From Candidatus Thalassarchaeaceae archaeon (GTDB taxonomy: Archaea; Thermoplasmatota; Poseidoniia; Poseidoniales; Thalassarchaeaceae), in the NCBI GenBank assembly GCA_030747395.1, contig JASLKT010000004.1:1-52530 (forward strand): a stretch of 52,530 nt of DNA, given 5' to 3'. Numbering within the stretch: the first letter of the stretch is position 1; each line of letters starts with the position of its first letter. The notes under the pieces are model-generated. The model was not told the origin of the DNA, made no database searches, and worked only from the letters and a program-made list of their open reading frames with translations. Position numbers and translations under genes: made by a program. Shown piece after piece: positions 30,582 through 39,640 of this stretch.

Positions 30582-31571
30582 ATCGCGCGACGCCGCAAGG
30601 CTCGTCGCGAAAGCGACTCTCAGGATTGGATTGAATTAGGCGAAACCAAAGGTGAAGATTTGGATTCAGATCCAACGGAAGTTGAACTTTCCATCGAGGC
30701 CGAAAACATCGCACTAGCCGAAGAAAAATGGGACGCTGAAGAAGCCAAACTCCATCTTCATTCAGAGATGGATAAGAAACAGGATTCTTGGTCATGGATG
30801 AAAGAAAAGAAGTACGCCTCAATGTTCAAAGAAATCGAACACAAACTGCAAGGCGTTCTTGGTACGGGTAAATTTGAGTGGGTCGATCGCCGAGTATTCG
30901 ACCAAGTTTTCGATCAACGCACACTTCTCGCAGTGTACAAATTAATGCAACAAGGCCACATTGACACACTGGATTGGCCCATTGCTCGCGGCAAGGAAGC
31001 ACACGTTTTCCATGCGACAACCCCGAACGGAGTCGCCGCAGTGAAAATTTTCCATACAAGTAATGCAGTATTCAAGGGATTGATGCAGTATATTGAGGGC
31101 GATCCTAGGTTTGGGGGATTGCGCCGTCGGCATCATGAATTGGTCAATATTTGGGTGCGCAAAGAGCATCGAAACATGATGCGAATGTCGAAACATGGGT
31201 TGCGAGTTCCTGAGCCCCATGCCCTCTTTCGCAATGTTTTGGTCATGGATTATTTGGGGAACTCAGAAGGGCCAAGTCCGAGATTGCGCGATGTTGAGAT
31301 TGACGAACCCGAACCGATTTTCGATGAACTGTTGAATTGGTTACGCGTTTGTTGGCAGGATGCCGAGTTGGTCCACGCGGATTTTAGCGAATACAACATA
31401 TTGTGGCATCAAGGCGAACCTCGAATTATCGATGTGGGCCAAGCGGTGACCAAAGCTCACCCCAACGCGGAAGAATTCCTTGTTCGAGATGTCACACGCC
31501 TCGTTGAATGGGCTCAAAGGCAGGGTGTTGAAGTCGACGTCGCAGAGGCCATGGCCAACGTGCTGTACTGA
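30582..31571 (+). CDS. rio1: RIO1-family serine/threonine kinase (probable ATC start at 30582; TTG alternative at 30660)
   Basis: GKEAHVFHA, AVKIF, WVRKEHRNM, LVHADFSEYNIL, IIDVGQAV; follows aIF-1A. Confidence 0.93.
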   Translation: MARRRKARRESDSQDWIELGETKGEDLDSDPTEVELSIEAENIALAEEKWDAEEAKLHLHSEMDKKQDSWSWMKEKKYASMFKEIEHKLQGVLGTGKFEWVDRRVFDQVFDQRTLLAVYKLMQQGHIDTLDWPIARGKEAHVFHATTPNGVAAVKIFHTSNAVFKGLMQYIEGDPRFGGLRRRHHELVNIWVRKEHRNMMRMSKHGLRVPEPHALFRNVLVMDYLGNSEGPSPRLRDVEIDEPEPIFDELLNWLRVCWQDAELVHADFSEYNILWHQGEPRIIDVGQAVTKAHPNAEEFLVRDVTRLVEWAQRQGVEVDVAEAMANVLY

Positions 31572-32324
31572 TCACTCTTCTTCGAATCCAATGGATTCAT
31601 CCTCTGCAAGTTCCATCATTTCCTCAATTGCTTCAGCATCATCGGGGTCAACTTGCGCATCTTTGTAACGCCGTTCTCTCTTTCGTCGTGCCGCTTCTAG
31701 TCCAGGAACTAGTGCATCAAACCGATTATCATCTTGGCGTGAATCAATCGATTCGAGATTGCGTGCAGACATCCGCTTTTTCCGTCTTTCAGTCTCAAGA
31801 TGTTTCAGAACAGATGAGTGTTCGGCACCTTGCAACAATCGTTCAATTGCTTGACTAGCCAATGGCAGTGCTTCTTCATCACCGATGATGACAACCGTCG
31901 AACCATAGATGACAATTTCTGCACCCGAATGCTCCTCAATCAATTCTCGAATACGTCCGTTGCGTCCGATGAGTCGGCTTCGAATGCGCCTCTGTTGGTT
32001 TGCATTCTTTCCAACATATTCTCGCATATCGTGTAGAATGAGGTGTTGATCATCCTTCAGCAACTGTAACGCTCTCTCTGGATTCATTCCGCGTCCAATC
32101 GCCCGAATGACATCTGGAAATTTCATGCGGAGGATGGGGTCAAATTCCTCATTCCATACCACAGATACATCGCCAGTGGTGGAATCAATATGGAGTTTTG
32201 AATTGGTCGCTTCTTCCAAGGCTCGACGTGTGACACCCTTGCGTCCAATCAGGACCGCAATGCGGTCTTGTGGGATTCGAGCCAAGCCCTCCATTGGCCC
32301 AGCGACCGAGGTCTCCTCTTTCAA
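31572..32324 (-). CDS. KH-domain pre-rRNA processing protein (Dim2/Pno1 family)
   Basis: RIPQDRIAVLIGRKG, IRAIGRG.NPERA, RLIGRNGRIRELIE, IYGSTV, GAEHSSV. Confidence 0.92.
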   Translation of the reverse strand: MKEETSVAGPMEGLARIPQDRIAVLIGRKGVTRRALEEATNSKLHIDSTTGDVSVVWNEEFDPILRMKFPDVIRAIGRGMNPERALQLLKDDQHLILHDMREYVGKNANQQRRIRSRLIGRNGRIRELIEEHSGAEIVIYGSTVVIIGDEEALPLASQAIERLLQGAEHSSVLKHLETERRKKRMSARNLESIDSRQDDNRFDALVPGLEAARRKRERRYKDAQVDPDDAEAIEEMMELAEDESIGFEEE

Positions 32325-34105
32325 GACGCCGATTGACGCCGATTGATCACACGACTCGCAAACAAGCCGGCGAGGAGCAAGAGGACGAAGTCTGGTGCAA
32401 AACCACTGACAGAACCGACCACCTCCGGATCGGCGGCACCAATGAGTAAGAATACCTCGTTGTTTCCTTCATCACGCTCTGAGATTACCTCATCCGGGTC
32501 AACAAATACTCGCAGGTCAAATTCACCTGCAGTCAACAAGGTAATGTTCACAGAAATACTCTCTTGTTGATCGATGAAACTATTTGCTGGAATGACCATT
32601 GAATTCAAGGCAGTCCATTGTGTCAATGAGTCACGACTCGCTGGGGCACTCTCAATTCTTACAACTACACTTCCAGAATAGAACTCGTTGGTGTTTATGG
32701 TTGCTTCAAGAACAACCGGATCATCTGAACCTGCTCTGACAATTAAGCGATCGAGTGAAGCATCAGAGATTGAGAAGTCAAGGCCTGGTAAGATGAGGAA
32801 ATGCGAAGCAGTCGTCGTCACCGTATTGCCTGCAGTATCGACAAGTGTTGCTCTTAGAGATAGATACTGCCCTGCTCTGGTTGACCAATCGATGGCAGCA
32901 GACAAATGATTTGAGGTTCCAGAGCCCACACTAAGCCAGTCGGATGAAATATCAGGTATTGTACCTGCACCATTGGAATCAAAGCCATATTCAAGGCTGC
33001 ATGAAGTGACATCGATTCCCGAGTGTGTATCGGTTGAATCGACGGTTACTGTAACCTGTCCAGATAACGAATCTGTGAGTTCAGGCAGAATCCATCCACC
33101 TGCTACGGGGGCGGCCCGGTCCACCATAATTGACACATTGAGTGGGTCGCCAATATTGCCGACACGATCAACCGCTCGGAATTGAATCGTTCGGATTCCT
33201 TCTTGCAAAGACATTGAACCATAGCCTGCAGCACCGATATCGGCCCATTCCTCAGTGCTATCGCGCACGTGGTAAGTGGAAATGCCTGAACCACCATTGT
33301 CATCCGCTCCACTCGATAAATCATTGAAAATCAAGGTTGTTGCAGCCGTCCAACTTCCGGGTGAGACGGAAAGAGATGGTGTCCCTACATCGGGGCCACT
33401 CCGATCAATTCCGATATGGATCGATGTTTGAGCTGAATTTCCTCCTTCATCAAATACGGAAAGAACAGGATTCCATACTCCCTCTGATAGGTCCCCCGGC
33501 GACCATGCCCATGTGTTGAGGATTGTACCCGGTCCATCTTGTGCGGGAGTTCCTGAACCAGGCACATCGGTTAGGGTTGCATGGGAAAGGTGTGAATCCG
33601 AGCCACTCCAATCAAAATTGATTGTGCCCGATTCAGAAGCCGTAAACCACGCACGATTGATAGTTGAAGAGCCGTCCCCAACAACTGCACCTGATGTGGT
33701 CAATGAGAGGCCACTAGGGACTGTATTGTCAACTGTGAAAGTAGGACTGACCACCCAACCAGTAGTGGTTGAATTTGTGAACGTCCCTTCGATTCTCAGT
33801 TGGTAATCTCCATCACTATGCACACTTGTATCCCATGCTGTTAGCCATGGTGCTGTGGTGATATTGGCAATGGGAGTCCATGCGGAACCATCTGAGACTT
33901 CGACGTCGATGTAATCCATACTGACCACATTCGTTGCACGAACTGTGTAAGTTCCCGACAGAATCTGTCCTGAATTGGGGCCTCCACTGAAGTCCAAATC
34001 ATCGCTTCGGCCAGATGTTGCATCCACATCAATCCAAGCCCCATGGGGTGCTAGACACAGCAGAATCACCAAGGATATGGCAAGAATGAAGCGGCGAGAA
34101 AGCAT
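32321..34105 (-). CDS. Secreted Ig-like/CARDB protein with C-terminal membrane anchor
   Basis: Signal peptide; repeated D..GN / VDN..P Ig-like units; VDPDEVISERDEGNN; terminal hydrophobic helix plus RR. Confidence 0.85.
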   Translation of the reverse strand: MLSRRFILAISLVILLCLAPHGAWIDVDATSGRSDDLDFSGGPNSGQILSGTYTVRATNVVSMDYIDVEVSDGSAWTPIANITTAPWLTAWDTSVHSDGDYQLRIEGTFTNSTTTGWVVSPTFTVDNTVPSGLSLTTSGAVVGDGSSTINRAWFTASESGTINFDWSGSDSHLSHATLTDVPGSGTPAQDGPGTILNTWAWSPGDLSEGVWNPVLSVFDEGGNSAQTSIHIGIDRSGPDVGTPSLSVSPGSWTAATTLIFNDLSSGADDNGGSGISTYHVRDSTEEWADIGAAGYGSMSLQEGIRTIQFRAVDRVGNIGDPLNVSIMVDRAAPVAGGWILPELTDSLSGQVTVTVDSTDTHSGIDVTSCSLEYGFDSNGAGTIPDISSDWLSVGSGTSNHLSAAIDWSTRAGQYLSLRATLVDTAGNTVTTTASHFLILPGLDFSISDASLDRLIVRAGSDDPVVLEATINTNEFYSGSVVVRIESAPASRDSLTQWTALNSMVIPANSFIDQQESISVNITLLTAGEFDLRVFVDPDEVISERDEGNNEVFLLIGAADPEVVGSVSGFAPDFVLLLLAGLFASRVINRRQSAS

Positions 34106-34238
34106 CGGCACCAATCCTTCCACAATATGCACCGTCCTTCAAGGCTTTCCAATGGGTATCGTAATACTTCACTTGCTTGGGGTATTTGGGTGTATTCGGG
34201 AAGCAGGTTTGAAGTGCCTCGGCTGTTCTCCTGAACCC

Positions 34239-36938
34239 ATGGAGCGGCGCCCGCTGGCACCTGTCTTGTGCGCTATTCTATTCCTCGCACCAATATTGGC
34301 AATCTCAAGTCCTGTTGGCGCTGAGTTATCAGGTAACGTTGCGTTTAGCACTGAAGGCCTTTCGATGAGCCCTTCAACAGCGGTTGAAGGAGGGAGTGTA
34401 ACTTTCACTCTTTCACTCCAGAATATCGCAAACGTCATTGCTGAAGATGTGGTTGTTGAATTCCACAAAAATAGCTTCGAAATGGGGAACCCCGCCGCAT
34501 TACACATCGTTGACGTCGATGCAAGTTCCTTTGAAGATGTGGACTTTGTTTGGACAAACCTCGCATGGGGGGATGGTGAACAGACATTGGTAATCCGCGT
34601 CAACCACAACAATGATCCAAAAATTATCTCACATGACTTCGATGTTGAGGGACTGGCCAATCTTCGACTGTCCCACTTTGAATTGTCATCCTCTACGGAT
34701 ATACACGAAGGGGATCCCGTTCAAATTCAAATTCAGGTTGAAAATGCTGGACATGCCGATGCTCCAGCCAGCCATCTTGAATTGACTGTTGCAGGAAGTG
34801 CAAATCTCCTCTCAGTGTCTCCATTACAAGTTGGAGACACGGTGTGGATGAATCAGACCGCAACGGCACCATCAGCGGGGACATACGATGTGTTTGGCGT
34901 AGTCAATGCGGACAGCGGAGACAACATCGTCGAATCAACTACAGCAGACAATTCAGAATCCCGTTCCTTGATTGTAGACACGTTGCCCGATTACCGACAT
35001 GCAGATGGCCCAACGGTTGTAGCAGATCCGGGTTTAATTGGTCCTTGGACCGTCAGTGGAACCATCGCAAGAGACGGAGGAACCGGGTCGACAACAGCTC
35101 CACTTGAAATTCGAATTCAGAATGGGATCGCTCTTGAAGTAGTGACTCTGCAATTCACTGATGAAGATGCATTCGCTGAGTACTCGGTGACCATCACTTC
35201 AGCGAACTTGACAGATACAACCCCTGGAGATGTTCATCTTGATCTAGAGATTGATCCCTCTGGTAGTGTTGCTCAATCCAATCCATTCAACAACTTAGAA
35301 TCAACATCTTTGACGATTTATCAGGAACCTAACGTGGTTGTTACAGGGGCCTCACCCCAAACTCCGACCACCGTTCCAGGAAGTATGGTTACATTCACGG
35401 TGACATTGCAAAATGTAGGCATGGTTGACACGAAGGGCGTATTATCGGCTACATTCGATGGCCAACCACTCACACCTCAAAATATCACGCTCCTATCATC
35501 AAATACAGGAAATGAAGGACAATATAGCGCAACTTTCACTGCCTTTGCGGAAGGTCTCACACGCGACATTCCCTTTGAGGCCAGTTGGACCAAAACCCCT
35601 GGTTTTTATGATCGATTGGAAACTGACAACGTCGCGACTAGTTCGGTCAGTCTCAATTCAAATCTCCAGTTGCAATTCCTAGTGAACACAGAGGGATGGA
35701 CGCCCGATGCACCACCACTCTATGCTGGATATGATTACGTTTACACAATCGACGCGCGCGCTCAAAGTGGAGCTGGTAGCGAAACGTTCGATTGTGTCGA
35801 TCGTTCAACGGGAGAGATATTGGACACCACCTCTACATTAGAATTCAGTACCGGTCAACAACAAACCATTCGCTGTGTGATTGCCGCGAAACAACCAGGA
35901 CAAATCGAACTGGCAATCACACCCCATGGCTCTAGTGTACAGACGCCTCATGCTGAGGTTTGGTCTGTAGAATTTGAAGATGGAGCCGATGTTTCAGGTG
36001 GCGATGATTCATCTTCGATAATTCTCTTTGTGATTGCCGGCTTGGTCGCATTGGGTGCACTGATTGGCGCCGTCATTTTGACACGACGTGGATTGGCTGA
36101 TGCTGACCGTGAAACATACGATTTGTGCCCAGCATGTGACGGTGAACTTGAGGGCGATGAAGATATATGTCCACATTGCGACTTCGATCTTAGAGTCGGT
36201 CGTGCAAAATTCCACGATTGCCTTGATTGCAATTCCACAATCCCTTCCATGCTAGAACACTGTCCCTATTGTGGTTCGGAACAAGATATCGGCACCCATT
36301 ATGCCCGACGTGAACGAAAATTCAAACCCCTTCCTGAAGAAATTGGTGAGACGCCTGAAGAAGAAGAAGAAGATGAAGATGAAATCGTTCGAGGTCACGA
36401 AGGTTTCGATACCCATGCAGGTGAACTTGGTTTCAGTGAAGAACAGTGGGAAGGTGAGTGGGATGAGAACCTCACTGAAGCAGAGACCTATTTCGATGCC
36501 AAAGAAGAAGCCCGCCTTGCGGCACAAGAAGCCGCCACCTCCGAAGACGTTGAAACCGAGAACATCGTTGAAAAGACGGAACTCAGCGAAGCCATGGATG
36601 AATTACCAGATCACGATTTAGATGCATTCCTAGGGGATGTTAAATCGAGACAGCACCTCTCTGATGAAGATGTGGAATTGACTGCTTCAGATGCAAGTTA
36701 TCGTGAACAAATTTTCGAACTCACTGGCGAAGACGGTGTATTGCCGGGACAAGAAGTCAATGTCGATTCAATGGTTGACAATACAGTGGTTGGAAATGAA
36801 GTACGTTCTGTCAGCAGTGATTTTACAATTCACGATGGCGATGAACCAGAACCTAAGATTGAACCTGAATCCGAACCCACCACTGATGAACCCACATCCA
36901 AGCGCCGTGGCGTCCGTCGTCGCAAGAAGGACGAGTAA
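34239..36938 (+). CDS. CARDB-domain membrane protein with cytoplasmic double Zn ribbon and acidic tail
   Basis: Signal peptide from ATG 34239; CARDB-like repeats; TM; CPAC-CPHC-CLDC-CPYC; Asp/Glu-rich tail ending KRRGVRRRKK. Confidence 0.87.
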   Translation: MERRPLAPVLCAILFLAPILAISSPVGAELSGNVAFSTEGLSMSPSTAVEGGSVTFTLSLQNIANVIAEDVVVEFHKNSFEMGNPAALHIVDVDASSFEDVDFVWTNLAWGDGEQTLVIRVNHNNDPKIISHDFDVEGLANLRLSHFELSSSTDIHEGDPVQIQIQVENAGHADAPASHLELTVAGSANLLSVSPLQVGDTVWMNQTATAPSAGTYDVFGVVNADSGDNIVESTTADNSESRSLIVDTLPDYRHADGPTVVADPGLIGPWTVSGTIARDGGTGSTTAPLEIRIQNGIALEVVTLQFTDEDAFAEYSVTITSANLTDTTPGDVHLDLEIDPSGSVAQSNPFNNLESTSLTIYQEPNVVVTGASPQTPTTVPGSMVTFTVTLQNVGMVDTKGVLSATFDGQPLTPQNITLLSSNTGNEGQYSATFTAFAEGLTRDIPFEASWTKTPGFYDRLETDNVATSSVSLNSNLQLQFLVNTEGWTPDAPPLYAGYDYVYTIDARAQSGAGSETFDCVDRSTGEILDTTSTLEFSTGQQQTIRCVIAAKQPGQIELAITPHGSSVQTPHAEVWSVEFEDGADVSGGDDSSSIILFVIAGLVALGALIGAVILTRRGLADADRETYDLCPACDGELEGDEDICPHCDFDLRVGRAKFHDCLDCNSTIPSMLEHCPYCGSEQDIGTHYARRERKFKPLPEEIGETPEEEEEDEDEIVRGHEGFDTHAGELGFSEEQWEGEWDENLTEAETYFDAKEEARLAAQEAATSEDVETENIVEKTELSEAMDELPDHDLDAFLGDVKSRQHLSDEDVELTASDASYREQIFELTGEDGVLPGQEVNVDSMVDNTVVGNEVRSVSSDFTIHDGDEPEPKIEPESEPTTDEPTSKRRGVRRRKKDE

Positions 36939-36998
36939 GCATTCTTGAGGCCGTCAGACAGAAATGTGAAACCCTCTACGGAAGGCTGAGGATAGACC

Positions 36999-37622
36999 AT
37001 GTCCAACTTGCGCAAAAGGACGATGAGTGCCGTCATGGCCTTGCTTTTCGTATCCTTAGCCATGCCTGGTTGTCTCTCACTGGTCGTGGGTAGAGAGATG
37101 ATGGAAAGTGCGAGAGGGGTCCCGAAAGTTCAAGAAAAAGCCATTCTGTACGACCTATCGCACACATTTGTCTTTGAAGATTCAGCAACTCCAACAATTC
37201 TGTATGAAGAAATTCCAATTGATGATACTGTCAGCGAAATTGTCATAAATTTTGAAACAGAAGTAAATGTGTTCCTCGGCGAAGCAGATATCCGCTATGT
37301 CCACGTTGAATTGTTGTGGTGTGAAGATGATGGTGCAGGTAATCCCATGAACTGCGATGAGGCAAATCCAATTTACGAAGTCATGGCTGACAATGGAACT
37401 TACGAACCCGAACGAATTGAGTTGGATCGATACACAGACTCCTTCGAAAGTGGTCTTTGGACTCTTACAGTCGAAGGTCGTGGGACTTCCAACCCCATCG
37501 AAACAGGGGTTGGTCTTCTGGATGAAGCCGATTGGTGGAGTCTCAAACTCAATGTAATCCGACCGTGTTTGTCATTTCCTGAAAGTCCCGAGGAGTGCAC
37601 ACCAACGATTGAATTTGAGTAA
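36999..37622 (+). CDS. Hypothetical lipoprotein
   Basis: Basic N-terminus, hydrophobic stretch and lipobox-like AMPGC; GAGG upstream. Confidence 0.75.
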   Translation: MSNLRKRTMSAVMALLFVSLAMPGCLSLVVGREMMESARGVPKVQEKAILYDLSHTFVFEDSATPTILYEEIPIDDTVSEIVINFETEVNVFLGEADIRYVHVELLWCEDDGAGNPMNCDEANPIYEVMADNGTYEPERIELDRYTDSFESGLWTLTVEGRGTSNPIETGVGLLDEADWWSLKLNVIRPCLSFPESPEECTPTIEFE

Positions 37623-38840
37623 TCAAACCAAACTCTGAGGACACTTTGAACGTCGCGAACAATTTCGGCATTTCCCAATTCGCTCATGGTTTCTTTTCGC
37701 CCCACCTTCAACCATGAGTCGTTGAATTTCTTGTATTGATGAATGCAATTCTGCTTTGCTGGAGTCATCCCATGCAACTGTGAACAATGAATCACCCCCA
37801 TAGCGTAGAATACCATAATTGGGCACAGTTCCAGTCGTCTCGCTCACAAGATGAAGGTAAGCGAGCAATTGCATTCGATGACTATCATGTGGTTCGATGG
37901 GCACTTTACCAGTTTTTTGTTCAACAGGAATGAATTGGTTGTCAATCTTTACGATTTGATCAGGTCGCCCCCGTAATCCAATTTCATCATCCATAAGCAA
38001 TGCAGCACTCTCTCCGGAATCATCGCTGTAAGCCAGTACTTCCGTTTTCGATAATCCTGCTTCCTCCTTTGCATCAAGCACGTCTCTACCTGATATGAGC
38101 ACACGGTGTAATTGCCATGCAGAGAAAAGCAACCATGCCAATGTAATCACAATGAGTGAAAATGTCAGTACGCTCCTATTTTCGGCCCAATAGATTGCCA
38201 ATCCGTGTAATGCAACAGCAATGGAAGCTAGAAGCAAGCGAACTTCCGTTTTTCCCCCTTTACCAATACCAGTTTCCGTTCCAATATCAAATGGGGAAAT
38301 CATCTCTTCTTCCTGCAATCCAGTGCCTTCGATGGTTGGTGGTTGGGCCAATCCGAAAGGGCGACCCAACCAGCGACGCCAAGGTAACGAGATGAGTGCA
38401 ATTGCCAATACCAACCAAACCCCTGCCAAAATGATGAGGTAACGTCCAATATCTTGGATGAATTCTTCGGAAATTGTTCCTTCATTGACAAAGAAAAATG
38501 CAGCTGAGTCAGCCGAAAGAGCACAAACAACAGTAATCCACCACGACCACACGACAACATCTCGTGATGCACGTGTTTCTGAGCGCTTGAAATCCACCAT
38601 TTTTTTGTGGATGCGATCATGGGAGAGCATACCCTGTTCCAGTGCATCACCTTCACCGCTGACACCGGCTTTGGATAATTGCCAGGAAACTGGGCAGTAG
38701 GTGTGCCTCTCCAAATCCGATGCTGAAACAGGTAGTACCATGCCCTGCAAATTTTCCCAATATCCATCCTCGCGGCGAGTTCCTTCAGCGATCGAACCTG
38801 AAAGTTCAAGGGCGATTTCGACTGATTTATCCTCGCCCAT
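37623..38840 (-). CDS. Solo Cas4-like PD-(D/E)xK Fe-S nuclease with four inserted TM helices
   Basis: SASDLERHTYCP, LRGRPD, IPVEQKT, HRMQLLAY, KCRNCSRRSKC; four hydrophobic helices in the middle; start ATG 38840 or GTG 38858. Confidence 0.88.
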   Translation of the reverse strand: MGEDKSVEIALELSGSIAEGTRREDGYWENLQGMVLPVSASDLERHTYCPVSWQLSKAGVSGEGDALEQGMLSHDRIHKKMVDFKRSETRASRDVVVWSWWITVVCALSADSAAFFFVNEGTISEEFIQDIGRYLIILAGVWLVLAIALISLPWRRWLGRPFGLAQPPTIEGTGLQEEEMISPFDIGTETGIGKGGKTEVRLLLASIAVALHGLAIYWAENRSVLTFSLIVITLAWLLFSAWQLHRVLISGRDVLDAKEEAGLSKTEVLAYSDDSGESAALLMDDEIGLRGRPDQIVKIDNQFIPVEQKTGKVPIEPHDSHRMQLLAYLHLVSETTGTVPNYGILRYGGDSLFTVAWDDSSKAELHSSIQEIQRLMVEGGAKRNHERIGKCRNCSRRSKCPQSLV

Positions 38841-39009
38841 GAGCGAATCAAGGTCCACTGAAAGTTAAGCGTTTTTCCGGCTTGCCCCGGCAACCCCCAG
38901 AAGATTCACACCCTCTCTCCATTCGGGACACTGCGTCGGAAAATCTCGTGTGCGCGAGCGAAGCGGTTATGAAGAGGCGGTGGGTGGCGAGGCCGCACGA
39001 GGCTTGGAA

Positions 39010-39618
39010 ATGACTGAATCGATGCTAGTACCTCACGAAACCTACGAGGTTCACAAGGTACACATTGGTGCTCTTCAGAAGAGTGCGGACATGAAACCCT
39101 TCCTCAGCGATGCCCCCGGTGATGGCTCTGGCCTGCATTTGATTGATTTGGAGCAAACCGACGCACGAATGCGAGTCGTCGCTCAATTCTTGAACAGATA
39201 CGATGCAAAACGAATCCTCGTTGTGAGTGCACGACAGTATGGGCAGCGTCCGGCTCGTAAATTTGCCCAATCGATTGGAGCAATGCACATTGTGGGTCGC
39301 TTCATTCCTGGCACTCTAACGAACCCCGGTCTACGCACATACATCGAGCCTGAACTCATTGTTGTGACAGACCCTCAAGCCGATCAACAATCTCTTTCTG
39401 AAGCCGTCAGCACCGGTCTACCTGTTGTTGCTATCTGCGATGCCAACAATAACCTAAGAAATGTCGACCTCTGCTTGCCTGCCAACAACAAGGGCCGTCA
39501 AAGTTTGTCTCTAATCTTCTGGCTCCTCTCACGCGAAGTTCTCAAGGTTCGCGGCATCATGGACGATGATACATGGGCTGCTATGCAAGACGTCACCGAA
39601 TGGGAATCCACTTTCTGA
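39010..39618 (+). CDS. rps2: 30S ribosomal protein S2
   Basis: VHIG, GRFIPGTLTNP, VTDPQADQQ, VDLCLPANNKGRQSL..IFWLLSREVL. Confidence 0.97.
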   Translation: MTESMLVPHETYEVHKVHIGALQKSADMKPFLSDAPGDGSGLHLIDLEQTDARMRVVAQFLNRYDAKRILVVSARQYGQRPARKFAQSIGAMHIVGRFIPGTLTNPGLRTYIEPELIVVTDPQADQQSLSEAVSTGLPVVAICDANNNLRNVDLCLPANNKGRQSLSLIFWLLSREVLKVRGIMDDDTWAAMQDVTEWESTF

Positions 39619-39640
39619 GTCGACTCAGTGAGGTGGGAAC

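Noticed and set aside
33975-34238. Head-to-head overlapping genes (also 47676-47981 and 50231-50347)
   Set aside because: Better internal starts (34105/34239, 47982, 50230) remove the overlaps and the extensions show no protein-like features
38859-39009. GC-rich intergenic region as a tRNA or ncRNA
   Set aside because: No cloverleaf, TTCG(A) T-loop in a proper stem context, or convincing long stems; consistent with a divergent promoter region
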